DNA of 64,000 bases from Antedon mediterranea (GCF_964355755.1 NC_092675.1:31545112-31609111), one strand, 5' to 3'. Positions 52,901-64,000 are shown, counted from the stretch's first letter. Notes: generated by a model not told the origin, from the sequence alone. Translations and numbers: made by a program.

Positions 52901-55431
52901 ACTGTGTTATCATTTTTCAAATATTACTTCAACATAATTATTTCAAATTATAAGGTAAGATAAACTTTACCACCACGTTTACAACTGGGATATACATAGT
53001 GAATTACCGTATACAGACATAAATAAATCCATAGGCCTACTAGTAACATATTTATACTTGTGTGTAGGCCTATAATTTTGTACTAGAAAAACAAATACTG
53101 TAAGTTCAAAAATCAACTACCATTACGTCATTAATTTATTAAATAAAAAAAAATCTTATTATCAAAGGCAGCATAAATGATTATCATATAGTTGTAGAAT
53201 TTTCTAATTTTATTTTGTTTTATTTAAGAAAAATGTATATTTATTTACTTATCGTCGTTCGTTCTAGTGTGTAGGTGCCTTTAAAGTATAAGCAACTTGC
53301 AACGCATTATATTTAAATGGTATTAGTTTGGAATAGCATGCTACTTCACCGTCAGTCCACGTCTAGAGAACGCACTGCTTGTCTAGTCCAATCCAGTTCC
53401 TAATCCTAACTTTTTATTGTGCTTTATCCAATCGTCACTTATTGTTGCTAAATTCATAGAAAATAGTATTATTATAATATTCGAGATTTGTTTGATTTCA
53501 GAAAGCAAAGTGAAATTATGGCTCAGTTGAAAGATCTAAAAAAACAAGGAGAGAATTTAGATGAACAGAACATGGAGCAAAGTATGAAGGAGGAGCTACT
53601 AAGGGAGAAGGAAAACAGTATCGAACAACGGGAGCGGGATACTAAAGCTGCATTGCAACAGAAAACCGCGGCACTTGAAGAAGAGAAAGAACTTGTGGAA
53701 TTGGAGAGGCAGCGTTGGTACAGTGAATGGCGTCAAAAAGAACATAACATTAAACAAACAGAAGAAGAATGGAACAAAAAAACAGACGAGTTACAAGATC
53801 GAGAAAGAACATTGAGAAACATGGAAGACGAAATGAATAAAAAGAATAATGAATTAAGACAAGCACAGAAAGAATGCAAAGAGAGAACAGACGAAAATCA
53901 GAGAAAGGAAGAAGAGCTCACAATTGAGACTAAAAGATTATATGAAAAAGAACACAAGCTGAAATCTCGTAAAACAGATTTGGACAAAAGAGAGCAAGAT
54001 ATTGGTTCAATAGAACATGGCAGACGAGTGTTAAATGAAGATGTTGAACGTTTTAAAGCAGAGCAAAGAGATCGTGAAAAAGATTTCATGTTGAGATATG
54101 AAGAAATGGATACCAAATATGAACAGTTGCGAAAACAAGAAGATATGCTGATCAATATACAGATGAAACAGAGACAAAGAGAATTACTGTTACAAAAGAG
54201 GGAAAATAATAATTATATGCTCGAAGATGATCCAAGTAATACGGTACAGAATAACGTAGAAACGGTTACACGTACCTCAAGTGACAGTGGTTTGACAGAC
54301 GAGCCTATTATGTGTGAGTATACTATTGTACAAAGAGGTGATGATCAAAACTCTCCACGACGGTTTCAACCTTTTAACATTAAGGTTTCGCCAGGCTTGA
54401 CTATCTGGGGTCTAAAAACAATACTAGATAAAGAAGAGGGAATACCGACTCACTGGCAGCGGTTTTATTATGGAGGAATTCAACTTAATGATACCACAAC
54501 CCTTTCTGAAAATTCAATTGTACCCGAATCTTCGATATATTTAAAATTAGACGTGAAAGAAGGTTCAACAACTATCATTCTTAAAACTGGACAGAGAACA
54601 CGGATGATTGACGTTGACTTAAATGAAACAGTTGCTGTGACGAAGGCGCGAATATACAAGTATGAAGGTGTACCACCACATCAGCAAATATTGTTACATC
54701 GGGATGTCGTTATGGATGACGGTAACTTACTTCACGACTTTAATCTACACAAGAACTCTGCAATATCAATGAAATTAAACTACCGCATATGGGTTAGAAC
54801 TAAATCAAATACACTGATTCCCTTGGAGGTCGATGAACTTTCGACAATCAGAAATGTCAAATTTCTTTTGAGAGAAGCTGCTGGCGTTTGTGTTGATTCT
54901 CAAAAGCTAGGATTTAGAGGGAAGTTCCTAGATGATAGCCGTTCCCTCATTCACTATAAAATATGTGAGGGAAGTACAGTAGATCTTACGTGTGCGGTAA
55001 CCATCTCTCAAAAACCAGCAGGTGAAAGTTTGAAAATGGAACTAGATCCGTGTGTGACTGTTAAACAGTTAAAAGAAGAAATACGAAGAATAAAAGCAAT
55101 ACCAGTAAACAGACAAGCATTAGTAGTTCGTGATCAGCATCTACATGATGGTGATATGGTAATGGATCATTTGAAGAAGGGATCAATCATTAATCTACAT
55201 AGTGGTAATGTAATGATTGTCTCTTCATCTGGAAAGGTAATACTTAGTGATGTACAGCCATGGCATAATGTTTTGAAAGTTAAAGAGATGATTGAGCGTA
55301 AGACTGGAATAACAGTGCATATGCAACATTTGGAATATCAAGGGTCTGCCTTAGTTTCGGGCAGTTTACGACTATCGGATTTCGATATTAAAAATGGAAG
55401 TGTCTTGCAAATGAAACAAATAGAAGGTTAG
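49970..55431 (+). CDS. Uncharacterised tandem-CARD, coiled-coil, 5x ubiquitin-like domain protein (about 1134 aa, 4 coding exons)
   Basis: Exons 49970-50276 (CARD1: MEKAQRKTLLLNKSRLV...LIDLITSCGPKSFQIFIEIL...GYNELVESL), 51387-51725 (CARD2: NRESFIENV...LFDLLLQK...GHKAFFMLHGILDRTYPHVSDLV), 51967-52795 (E/K/Q/R-rich coiled coil) and 53502-55431 (coiled coil, then five UBL repeats such as LKTILDKEEGIPTHWQRFYYGGIQLNDTTTL and EGVPPHQQIL). Junction phases 1,1,2 give an open 3405-nt CDS. Confidence 0.88.
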
Positions 55432-56329
55432 ATCATTAAATGCCATTTCAATCAAAGAAGGTATTATTCGTTGTGCTTAAATAATTGTATGTCCTGGTAG
55501 TACTGTAGTATTATGCAAGTGATACTCTATTTAAATTTCGATTTAGAGAATCGTAAAGTACAGTGTATACTATACGTGTTTAGGGAGAGATAATTTCTGT
55601 AGTTGAAAAGCAAAAACCAGTTGAAACTGGCCGCTGCTAAACACTGCATGAAAGGAGTCGAAATCCGGGTTTTAATCTTGGATAATAGGAACAACGGATA
55701 CCAAATTACGCAACAAACTATCTTCATTGTTGTATAAGCCTACACTTAAAGTAGCACTGTTTTAAGCAATGAACCAATATTTTTTCGGAATCCTTTCATT
55801 GTCCGCTTTATTTGACCTATTATTATTGTGATTATGTGGAACATTAAAGTTTATAGTAGTTCTTAATTTTGCCTTTTTTTTTTTTTTGTATATGAATAAT
55901 CTCGTGGAGATGTAGTGAGTGTGAGAGAACCGAGACCGAGTCCGGTCGTATGTATCGGTACTGCAGCTACACTTCTACAACCAGAGGCTCTATGCTACTA
56001 GTTCTGTTCGTCGGCTGCATTCATCGTCGAATTTTTTTGTCTTCTTCCAGCAGCCAAATTAAATATAGCTGAAATGTTCAGCAGCTTCATGGATCTTATT
56101 TAGCGTCACATTTATCTTTCTTCAAAATGTAAACATCTTCCATATATTATCATTATGCAACAATATTATGCCATATTATTTTATAATAGAATCTTGAACT
56201 AGTGTCATCTATACAGCAGTATTGTTCCTGTGAGCTCGGTGAAGAAACAATTCATTTTGAAACTTTAAATGCGCGTGCGCGTGTCATTTCTTGGATAGCA
56301 TTATAAAGTTCCAACAATAAACTTTAATA

Positions 56330-56470
56330 AAAACATAACTTAATTACGCTGCGTGACTCTTATAAAACATAACTTAATTACGCTGCGTGACTCTTATAAA
56401 ACATAACTTAATTACGCTGCGTGACTCTTATAAAACATAACTTCATTACGCTGCGCGACTCTTATAAAAC
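56330..56470. repeat. 34 bp tandem repeat x4
   Basis: Unit AAAACATAACTTAATTACGCTGCGTGACTCTTAT. Confidence 0.9.
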
Positions 56471-56817
56471 AAAATTTAAGCGAATTATACAAGTAATAGA
56501 ATTAAAAAATGGTATTCAACGAAACTATATTCAATCAAATGTATATAGGAAATGTATAATACAGAATTGGTAAAAGTACAGCAGCAATTCTTAAAACATG
56601 GCTTATATTCTGGCTTATATATCATATTAACCACAATGGTTTAACAAAGTGTTCTATTACAATGCATCCATTCAACATGATTTATTATCATTATTTTGAC
56701 CACTATTCATGAGTATGAAAAATTGACATTAATAATGATCATGAAATTAAATAACAAAATAGTAAATAATAGACATTAGATATTAGTCTTTTGTAAAATC
56801 TCTAATGTGTTTGTTGG

Positions 56818-58900
56818 TCATTGAAACGGTAATGTCATTGGTTGTGGACTTTGCAGATATGACATCACAACGGCAGATATAGACAACCTTGAAATAAGAA
56901 GAAAACAAAAGTTATTAAATGTACTGTAGGTTAGGAAAGCAGCAAATAATATTCCTCATTACCCTGTCAGACAATACAATTCGCTATTCAAATAATATTC
57001 CTCATTACTCTGTCAGACAATACAATCCGCTATTCAAATTGCTTGTTATCTCTAATACACTAGTGGCGAAAGTGACTATCGCTAGTAGGAATCTTATTTT
57101 TATAGATTTCTGCTTTTATATTAAGCAATTACTTAGTAATATAAATCATTTATGTGTGATATTCTTTGCATTACATATACTGTAGAGTAATCCTTTAAAT
57201 TATAGGTAATATTACATTCATGACAGTAATGCTTATTAATATCTATGAATTACATGACACATGAATTGCACAAACCACATATATCACGTACATAAAACTG
57301 CTAAATGTTTGTTTTCCATCTTCTGTAACTCTGGAATTTGCAAAACTAATAAAAGAACAAAATACAGCTACCCAAGCACACCATTTCATCTAGAAAATAA
57401 TAATAATTTTCAAATTAAAATATAAGCATCTCTCATTGTGGCCACAGTATGTACATTCCAGAGAAGGATTTTCTTTTTAACATCTAAACTTTAATATTCA
57501 CGGTAAATTACCTTTAACATTAGTCCACACATACTGAAAATCATACCAAGTAAATTCATGTAATCTGCCATAGGGTCATCTGGTGGTGCATTGCTGTCTA
57601 CAACTGGGGGTTTGTACCTAAATAAACATTCAGCAGGTTAGAAGTAACAACCATATAATATATATTCGGTTTAGTGTTTGAATCATTTGTCATTGATGTG
57701 ACTATGCTGTAATCCTAGAGGGCACTTGTATGTAAAGGCCTAATAAATAGGATGGTAGAGTCTAGGTGGCTAAAAATATAAATCCTGCTGCTAGGAAATA
57801 AAGCACTAAGCTTACCACCAGTATAAAGTAATGAAATATACTTTAATGCACTTGTCAATTGTATGACCCACTATACGACCCCCGGGAGAGGTGCGTCATT
57901 TGTCTGATGTGCGTCATACCTTTAAATACCATGACGCACCCGTGCGTCAAAAATGTGACTTACCTTTAGGTGACCATGACGCACCCATTTTGACGCACTG
58001 TGACCATGTTGTTTATGATATGGTGGGTGGTAAAGTGACGGACATTGACACACCTTGTTCATTGATGTGACGTACCATCTACTGTAGGGTTTTTTGACGC
58101 ACCCCTGCGTCAGTAATTATTTGTAAATGACGCACCCATGACGCACCTCTCCCGGGGGTCGTATAGTGGGTCATACAATTGACAAGTGCATAATAGGCCA
58201 GTACAGCAGCAGACTGAATGGCTACAATTCATTAATGATAAAATAAATTAATGTTATCGTGTTATGGCTATATTATTATTATTTCTTTTCCCTGCTTCTA
58301 CTTGACCCTCCCTTCTACTATACATTGTTATTGCCTATTTATTATTATTATTAATTCCTATACACTATTAGGGCTAGGCTAGTGTGTGGTAATAAACGCT
58401 TTTTCGTTTGTTTTGTTGTGGGATTGGTTGTCCCCCTCCTCCCTTGACCCTGCTGTTCCATAATTATATTAAATTTAATGAATGTTATTATTAATTATAT
58501 TTTGTCACATATATTATAAACACATTGAATTTGAATAACAAAAATAATAAAATACTATCAATCATAGCCTAGCCTAGTAGGTCTATTTATGCCCTCTACT
58601 CTTACTAGGCTAGGCCTAGAGTCTGCACTCTCTAGCAGGCACATAGCTCTAGGCTAGGCCTAGACTAGCCGACTACCCTAGGCTCCCGGTCCTCCAGTAG
58701 TAGACCTAGCCTATAAATAATAGCCTACCTAGGCGCGCCTAGGCCTTAGTTAGTAATAGGCCTAGTAGTATAGGCTAGGTCATACACTGTGTGTAGGCCT
58801 AGTCTGTACGGATCCGTCTGTACTATAACTAGGCTAGCCTGACCATATACCGTTTTTCTTTGCTTGGTTTGCGAACGTCAGCAGAATTATTCGACGACAT
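56818..58900 (-). CDS. WDR83OS: Asterix / PAT complex subunit PAT10, 107 aa, 4 exons
   Basis: Minus exons 58900-58851 ([17 protein letters not shown]), 57617-57512 ([35 protein letters not shown]), 57389-57292 ([32 protein letters not shown]) and 56887-56818 ([23 protein letters not shown]). Junctions are GT-AG and phase-consistent, and the protein closely matches the Asterix sequence I recall. Confidence 0.96.
57847..58190. mobile_element. PIF/Harbinger-type MITE in Asterix intron 1
   Basis: Perfect TIRs of about 52 bp, TGCACTTGTCAATTGTATGACCCACTATACGACCCCCGGGAGAGGTGCGTCAT. TAA TSD at 57844-57846 and 58191-58193. Internal TGACGCAC subrepeats. Confidence 0.88.
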
Positions 58901-58996
58901 AATATTAACAAAGACGAAAAAATGGCGATTAAAACACTGGTTTTCGTCGGAACGTTTTCGTATCCTCACTTTCTTTTCAACACACAACCAGCGTAC

Positions 58997-59044
58997 CAAA
59001 GATTATATAGCGCCGCTATATACGGCGGCGCTATATAATCTTTG
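58997..59044. other. Perfect 20-bp-stem palindrome upstream of Asterix
   Basis: CAAAGATTATATAGCGCCGC-tatatacg-GCGGCGCTATATAATCTTTG. Confidence 0.8.
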
Positions 59045-59589
59045 AGCGCAGCAGAGCCATATATATAAAGAGTTACGACATTGGATTATAGTCACGTGAT
59101 ATGCAGATCAAAATGTGTCAAACTTGTCTGCATTTAATGCATGTAAAGTATAGGAGCAACAAAATACTTTCAATTTTTTCTTGTATTAAAAAAAATGTAA
59201 TTGCACATTTTACGATGAAATATCGATGTGCACAGCGTACAGAAGTACTTGCGCCAAAGAATATTGCGCGCGCGTGCGCTAGTACATTATAACGTTCGAT
59301 TGATTGATTTTGGAACAAAACATCCCATAACTACGTCCTATTAATAACAATTATGTAATATTTTCAATTCATAATGCATGCTTTGATGACGAAATAAAAT
59401 AATGAAGTGTCGTGGATATATTTGTTAATATATTGAATAGGGTATGAACAATATTAAAATAATAAAGGCAAATTATTACAAATGAAATGATGAACGAGTC
59501 TCTGAAAGTTTGTGTCAAAAACACACAGAGAGCCATATACTGTATAAAAAGAGGGGTGCATTTGTGTGTTTTTTGTATTGGTTCATGAT

Positions 59590-59730
59590 TGATTTTTTTT
59601 ATTTTTTTTTTTTATTTATTCAGGTTTATACAATAAAAAACATGCAGCCCGAAGGCTGAAATTGTTGATTTACAAAAATATATATATAAATATATGGAAA
59701 CTACGAAAGCCTATTAGGGCCAACAAAAAA
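59590..59730 (-). mobile_element. Very short LINE 3' tail fragment
   Basis: Minus strand reads TTTCAGCCTTCGGGCTGCA (hairpin), then AATAAATAAA and poly-A. Confidence 0.45.
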
Positions 59731-59749
59731 ATAATATTGCTTTCACAAA

Positions 59750-60265
59750 TTCGAAATAACGAATTATTAATTCGTTTTTTCGAATTATTAATTCGTTATT
59801 TCGAATTTATTTAAGTAATTTGAAATTTCGAATTAATAATTCGAAATTTCGAATTATTAATTCGAAATTTCGAATTATTTATTTCGTTATTTCAAATTAT
59901 TAATTCGAAATTTCGAATTATTAATTCGAAATTTCGAATTATTAATTCGAAATTTCGAATTAGTAATTCGTTATTTCGAATTCATAATTCGAAATTTCGA
60001 ATTAGTAATTCGTTATTTCGAATTCATAATTCGAAATTTCGAATTAGTAATTCGAAATTTCGAATTAGTAATTCGTTATTTCGAATTAATAATTCGAAAT
60101 TTCGAATTAGTAATTCGTTATTTCGAATTAATAATTCGAAATTTCGAATTAGTAATTCGTTATTTCGAATTAATAATTCGAAATTTCAAATTAGTAATTC
60201 GTTAATTCAAATTTTTAATTCGTTATTTCGAATTAATAATTCGAAATTTCGAATTAATAATTCGA
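59750..60265. repeat. About 21-bp palindromic subrepeats (TTCGAAATTTCGAATTA..TAA), probably subterminal repeats of the downstream DDE element
   Basis: More than 20 copies of TTCGAA-containing units immediately 5' of the integrase ORF. Confidence 0.85.
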
Positions 60266-60330
60266 CCTCTGCCCTTTCTAATGACATCCCAACCATCCCG
60301 GATTACTTTAGCTAATGCAATCTGGTCACC

Positions 60331-61699
60331 ATGCGTCCTGAAAACCATTGGATTAGATTATATTTCAATCGTAGCTTAAATTATCAAGAGATTATTGAAA
60401 TGTTAGCAGAAGATCATGATATTTTGATAAGTAAACGAACATTAAAGCGAAGGCTGAAAAAAATGTGCCTTAGTCGAAGAAAACGGCATTCTGACGAACT
60501 GGAAGTCGCTGCGTTCATTGAAAGCCAATTACAGACGTCAGGGATGCTACATGGGTACAGGTGGATGCACATTCGTTGCACACAAAATGGGTTAAACATA
60601 GATAAAGAGACGGTCAGAATAATTTTAAACCTTCTTGACCCAGAGGGTGTCGAAGCAAGAAGAAGACGACGACTACACAGAAGAATTTATCATGTAGGCC
60701 CTACCTGGCCCAAACTATATCTGGCATATCGACTCGTACGACAAACTTAAGCCATACGGCATTTGTATAAATGGCTGTATAGACGGATTCTCTAGACACA
60801 TAATATGGCTAGAAGCTTACTTTACTAGCAGCAATCCAAAAGTTATAGCCGGCTATTACGTAAATTCTGTTCGCCAAAAATGGGTTGCCCAAAGTCTATT
60901 AGAACAGATTTCGGAACTGAAAATTCTATTGTTGGTCCAATGCAACAGTTTCTTTGTAATGAGAACAGCAGTTTTATACAAGGAACAAGTCAGCATAATC
61001 AACGAATTGAGAGTTGGTGGGGCATTCTCAGAAAACACTTTACTCAGTTTTGGATGGACGCTTTTAAACAACAAAAGAATGACGGTAGATATGATGGAGG
61101 TCTTATAGACAAATCTTTATTACAATTTTGTTTTATGAAAATTATCCAGGTAAGCAGTACAGCAATTACATTGTGTGCTATGCATTATAGTCCCCAAGTA
61201 CGACAATTATAATAATAATTTGGGCTTTCGCAACAATTTGAAAAGCAAACAATATTAGCCTAGAATTAAATCACTCCTCTTTTATTTACGATATTGTTTT
61301 TTTTTTCACGGTCTAAACTGTCATTAAACTATTTGTTTTTACTGTACTGTATTATATTTGCCTTTTTTAAAGGATGAACTGGACACGGTTGCAAATGAGT
61401 GGAATGCCCATCGCATCTCAAAATCGAGAAATAGCCATGGTCCGTTTGGACGCCCGACATTGATGTACAATGTACCATACTTATTCGGGGGACAAGAGTG
61501 TATTATTCCCGTTGATGTGGCTAAAGTTGAAGTTTGTGAAAGTGAATCCATCTTCAAAAGCCAGATTCCATGAGATAAGGACGTGTTCGACTTATGTTCC
61601 ATATTCTTGGAAAAAAGGCAGCTATCGATGCCGAAAACATGTGATGAAGGTTTGCAGTTATACAGCAGTCTTAGAAATATGTTTCTTGACGTCATCTGA
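60331..61699 (+). pseudogene. IS3EU-like DDE transposase/integrase pseudogene (HTH and rve core, one intron)
   Basis: HTH (ISKRTLKRRLK), GYRWMH, GPNYIWHIDSYDKLKPYGICINGCIDGFSR, RTDFGTEN, GTSQHNQRIESWW; intron 61150-61372; then DELD...WNAHRI...GRP. Frameshifts near 60700 and 60880 and a premature TGA at 61571. Confidence 0.8.
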
Positions 61700-62021
61700 T
61701 CAAATGCCACAGCAAGCACGTGATATCACATTATCATGTTATAAATCGTTTTTTTTATTAATTAATTGTCGCTGTGATATTATTTCCAATACAAAGTTAG
61801 AATTGCAACGAACACAATGTAATGAATACAATATAAACAATTATATTTATTTATATTATGTTCAGTTGGTGATGATCAGACAGAATTGTGTTATGTAGCT
61901 GTACAATACAGTAAAACAGATGTAATTTAACAACATTTTGTTTATTGAAACTTTAATAACAGTATTTTATTTCTGAAACAATTACAAAAATGTTGGCTAC
62001 TAAAATTTGATCATAATTTAA

Positions 62022-62372
62022 AGATATATTGTCCCCCTGAAAAAATATTTTTTTTTAATTGTTTTGTTGAATATGTTATTTTAATGTCACATAATAGTTT
62101 TTCACTTTCACAAAAAAATGGGTCTGAAAAAAAATTATTTACCTATTAAGAAAACTGTAATTTAAAGCAAATAAATGGTCAAATTGGCTGGAAGACAATG
62201 AGTTTTGGGGTAATTTAACTGTTTAACTGTTTTGTCTTTCTATAGGTGAAATAATTTTTTTTTCTCGTTTTTTTTTCTTATGGAAACAACTTCATTAAAA
62301 CTGCAAAATGGCCTATTCAAAGTCAGATTTAAAAAATCTTTATTCTTCATGATTTTGGGGGACAATACATCT
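62022..62372. mobile_element. Kolobok-type MITE (TTAA target)
   Basis: TTAA|AGATATATTGTCCCC...GGGGACAATACATCT|TTAA. Confidence 0.7.
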
Positions 62373-62623
62373 TTAAAGTTTTCCAAAACCCTTGCCATTT
62401 ATGATGGCTTCCTCCATTAGAGTTGTGAATTCCAATGGATCGTCATATCCACGGGGGAGGTGTAAATTCAACCCACATGTACTGGCTGTCGGGTGACCTC
62501 TCATCTTTCGCTCCTTACTAAAAAAATTTATATGTATCTGGTTGCTAAAACCAAGAGGGGGAATTGAGTCAGCACCAGTAACAAATGTTAGGAAGTCTCC
62601 AAGGGATGTCTTGGTCTTTTTAT
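62373..62623 (-). CDS. Terminal exon of a HECT-domain E3 ubiquitin ligase-like protein (C-lobe), probably transposon cargo
   Basis: After a TTTTAG acceptor: KKTKTSLGDFLTFVTGADSIPPLGF...HPTASTCGLNLHLPRGY...LMEEAIINGKGFGKL*. It carries the L.FVTG, P.A.TC (catalytic Cys), L.LP.Y and -4 Phe motifs of HECT. It is absent from the ORF track, and upstream exons were not found in the window. Confidence 0.8.
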
Positions 62624-62949
62624 CTAAAATGCATAAAAATAAAAATGTTAAACATTATGAAATAAAAAATGTATACTTTTTTCGTCTACCATTTACCCTT
62701 TCACCGCTCTTATTAGCATACTTTCGTTTTGGTACAAGGAATTACAAATAGGGTATAGCGGTATAGTTCTTCAAGGTAAAGTTTGTTCGTGAATACACAC
62801 AACCTTGTTTCTCTCTCGAAGGGCTATATTATATAACTGTAAGGAAATACGGTATTGTATCGTTTCGTTTCGTTTCGAGCCCTGGGGGTACCTAATTTTA
62901 CTTTGGATATTCATTCTCAGCCCGAAGGATTGGGGGGGGGGGGGGTGGT

Positions 62950-64000
62950 ATCTCAAGGTAGACAAGGAGGTCTGCCGTAGAGTAGATAAAACGGTGAGTA
63001 CCCTGTTGAATCATGGCGAGTGCAGTTATAAGCATGCACAACTTTATTGAGTGATTCCTTCCAGTTGTCCTTCTGGTTTTCGGACAAGGTTCGTAACATT
63101 CCAAGCAACGTTCGATTTAACCTTTCCACTTGGCCATTGCCTTGAGGGTGATAAGGTGGGGTACGTGAATGTTAGATCCCAGAGTAAGCTTCAAGATTGG
63201 TAAATAAGTGATTTTCAAATTCCCGACCCTGGTCATGGTGCAATGTCTTTGGAAATCAAAATCGCAGTATAAAGTCATTGAAGATTAAGTTGGCTGCAGT
63301 TTTACCGCTCTTATTCCTTGTCGGATATGCTTGCGCAAATCGAGTAAAGTGGTCCATAATTACTAAAATATACTCATATCCGCCTTTGCTCTTTTTCAAG
63401 TGTACATAATCGATAGAAACAAGTTCAAAGGGTTGAGTCGTAATGATATTGACTAAAGGAGCTCTGGTTATACGAACTGGTTTCTTCTGGATCAGACATC
63501 GGCAGATGTGATGTAATCCTCTATTTCTGCTTCCATATGTGGCCAATAAAACCCCTCTCGTGCCATATGTACAACTCGTTCTGGACCAAGTTGTCCCATG
63601 TTACTATGCAATTCTGTGTATACTAACTGTTTTGTATTTTTCTGGAAGGACGATCTGAGAACGTGTTGTGGTGCAGCGTCGGAGAATACCATCATGTCCA
63701 ACTTGCAGCTTGTTTCCACTCATGCATGATTGACGTTTTTGTTTTGGTCTCGTTCTTTCTTTCTTTTCGAGTTGGCCAGCGCCCCTTGGCCTTATACTTT
63801 AGGACTCTATTAATGGCTGGATCTTGTGTTAGAACTGTCTTTATATCTTCTGGGCAGAGGTTATTAATTAAGGGTCTTAAGGGTTTCTCAATATCTGGAT
63901 CTATGATCTGACCATGTAGTTAAGCCTTCTGCCTAAGTATTCACACCATGGACTGCCGCTTGCATGACCTCTTCAGATATTTCTTCCGAACACAACTTTT
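62950..64000 (-). mobile_element. Decayed Ty3/Gypsy pol fragment (H2C2 zinc finger and integrase core)
   Basis: [13 protein letters not shown]...FYWPHM; PFELVSIDY...[18 protein letters not shown]; HHDQGREFEN; [17 protein letters not shown]; YN.T.H.STGYSPF.LLYGR. Several stops and frameshifts. Confidence 0.88.

Noticed and set aside
54316-55431. Polyubiquitin gene or processed ubiquitin pseudogene
   Set aside because: The repeats are highly divergent from ubiquitin and from each other, lack LRGG junctions, and are fused in frame to a coiled coil.
49970-62623. Functional cluster linking the CARD-UBL gene and the HECT ligase
   Set aside because: They are separated by Asterix, and the HECT exon looks transposon-associated. 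Proximity alone is not evidence in a eukaryote.
62830-62950. LTR of the Gypsy fragment
   Set aside because: No polypurine tract, TG...CA boundaries or second copy could be identified in the window.

Overview
AT-rich, intron-rich eukaryotic (invertebrate animal) genomic DNA; an echinoderm is suspected from the abundance of TAGGCCTA, which is inference only. Four host genes can be assembled by hand with phase-consistent GT-AG junctions. (1) The 5' part of an SLCO/OATP organic anion transporter (minus, 1-2956). (2) A complete 22-exon WDR36/UTP21 gene (plus, 6741-49076, about 889 aa) whose introns hold an Academ transposon, nested MULE-type MITEs, a LINE, a Chapaev-like CAC-ended transposon and several unrelated 42-67 bp minisatellites, two of which multiply real splice sites. 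(3) An unusual four-exon gene encoding CARD-CARD-long coiled coil-5x ubiquitin-like domains (plus, 49970-55431, about 1134 aa), a candidate innate-immune or death-fold adaptor with a built-in polyubiquitin mimic. (4) A complete four-exon Asterix/WDR83OS gene (minus, 56818-58900) that the ORF track misses. The right end holds a decayed IS3EU-like integrase facing a HECT E3-ligase exon tail-to-tail, and a decayed Gypsy pol fragment. The most interesting items are the 2xCARD-CC-5xUBL protein, the Chapaev-like element whose bipartite termini have spacers differing by one helical turn (RSS-like asymmetry), the splice-site-multiplying repeats and the integrase/HECT pairing.
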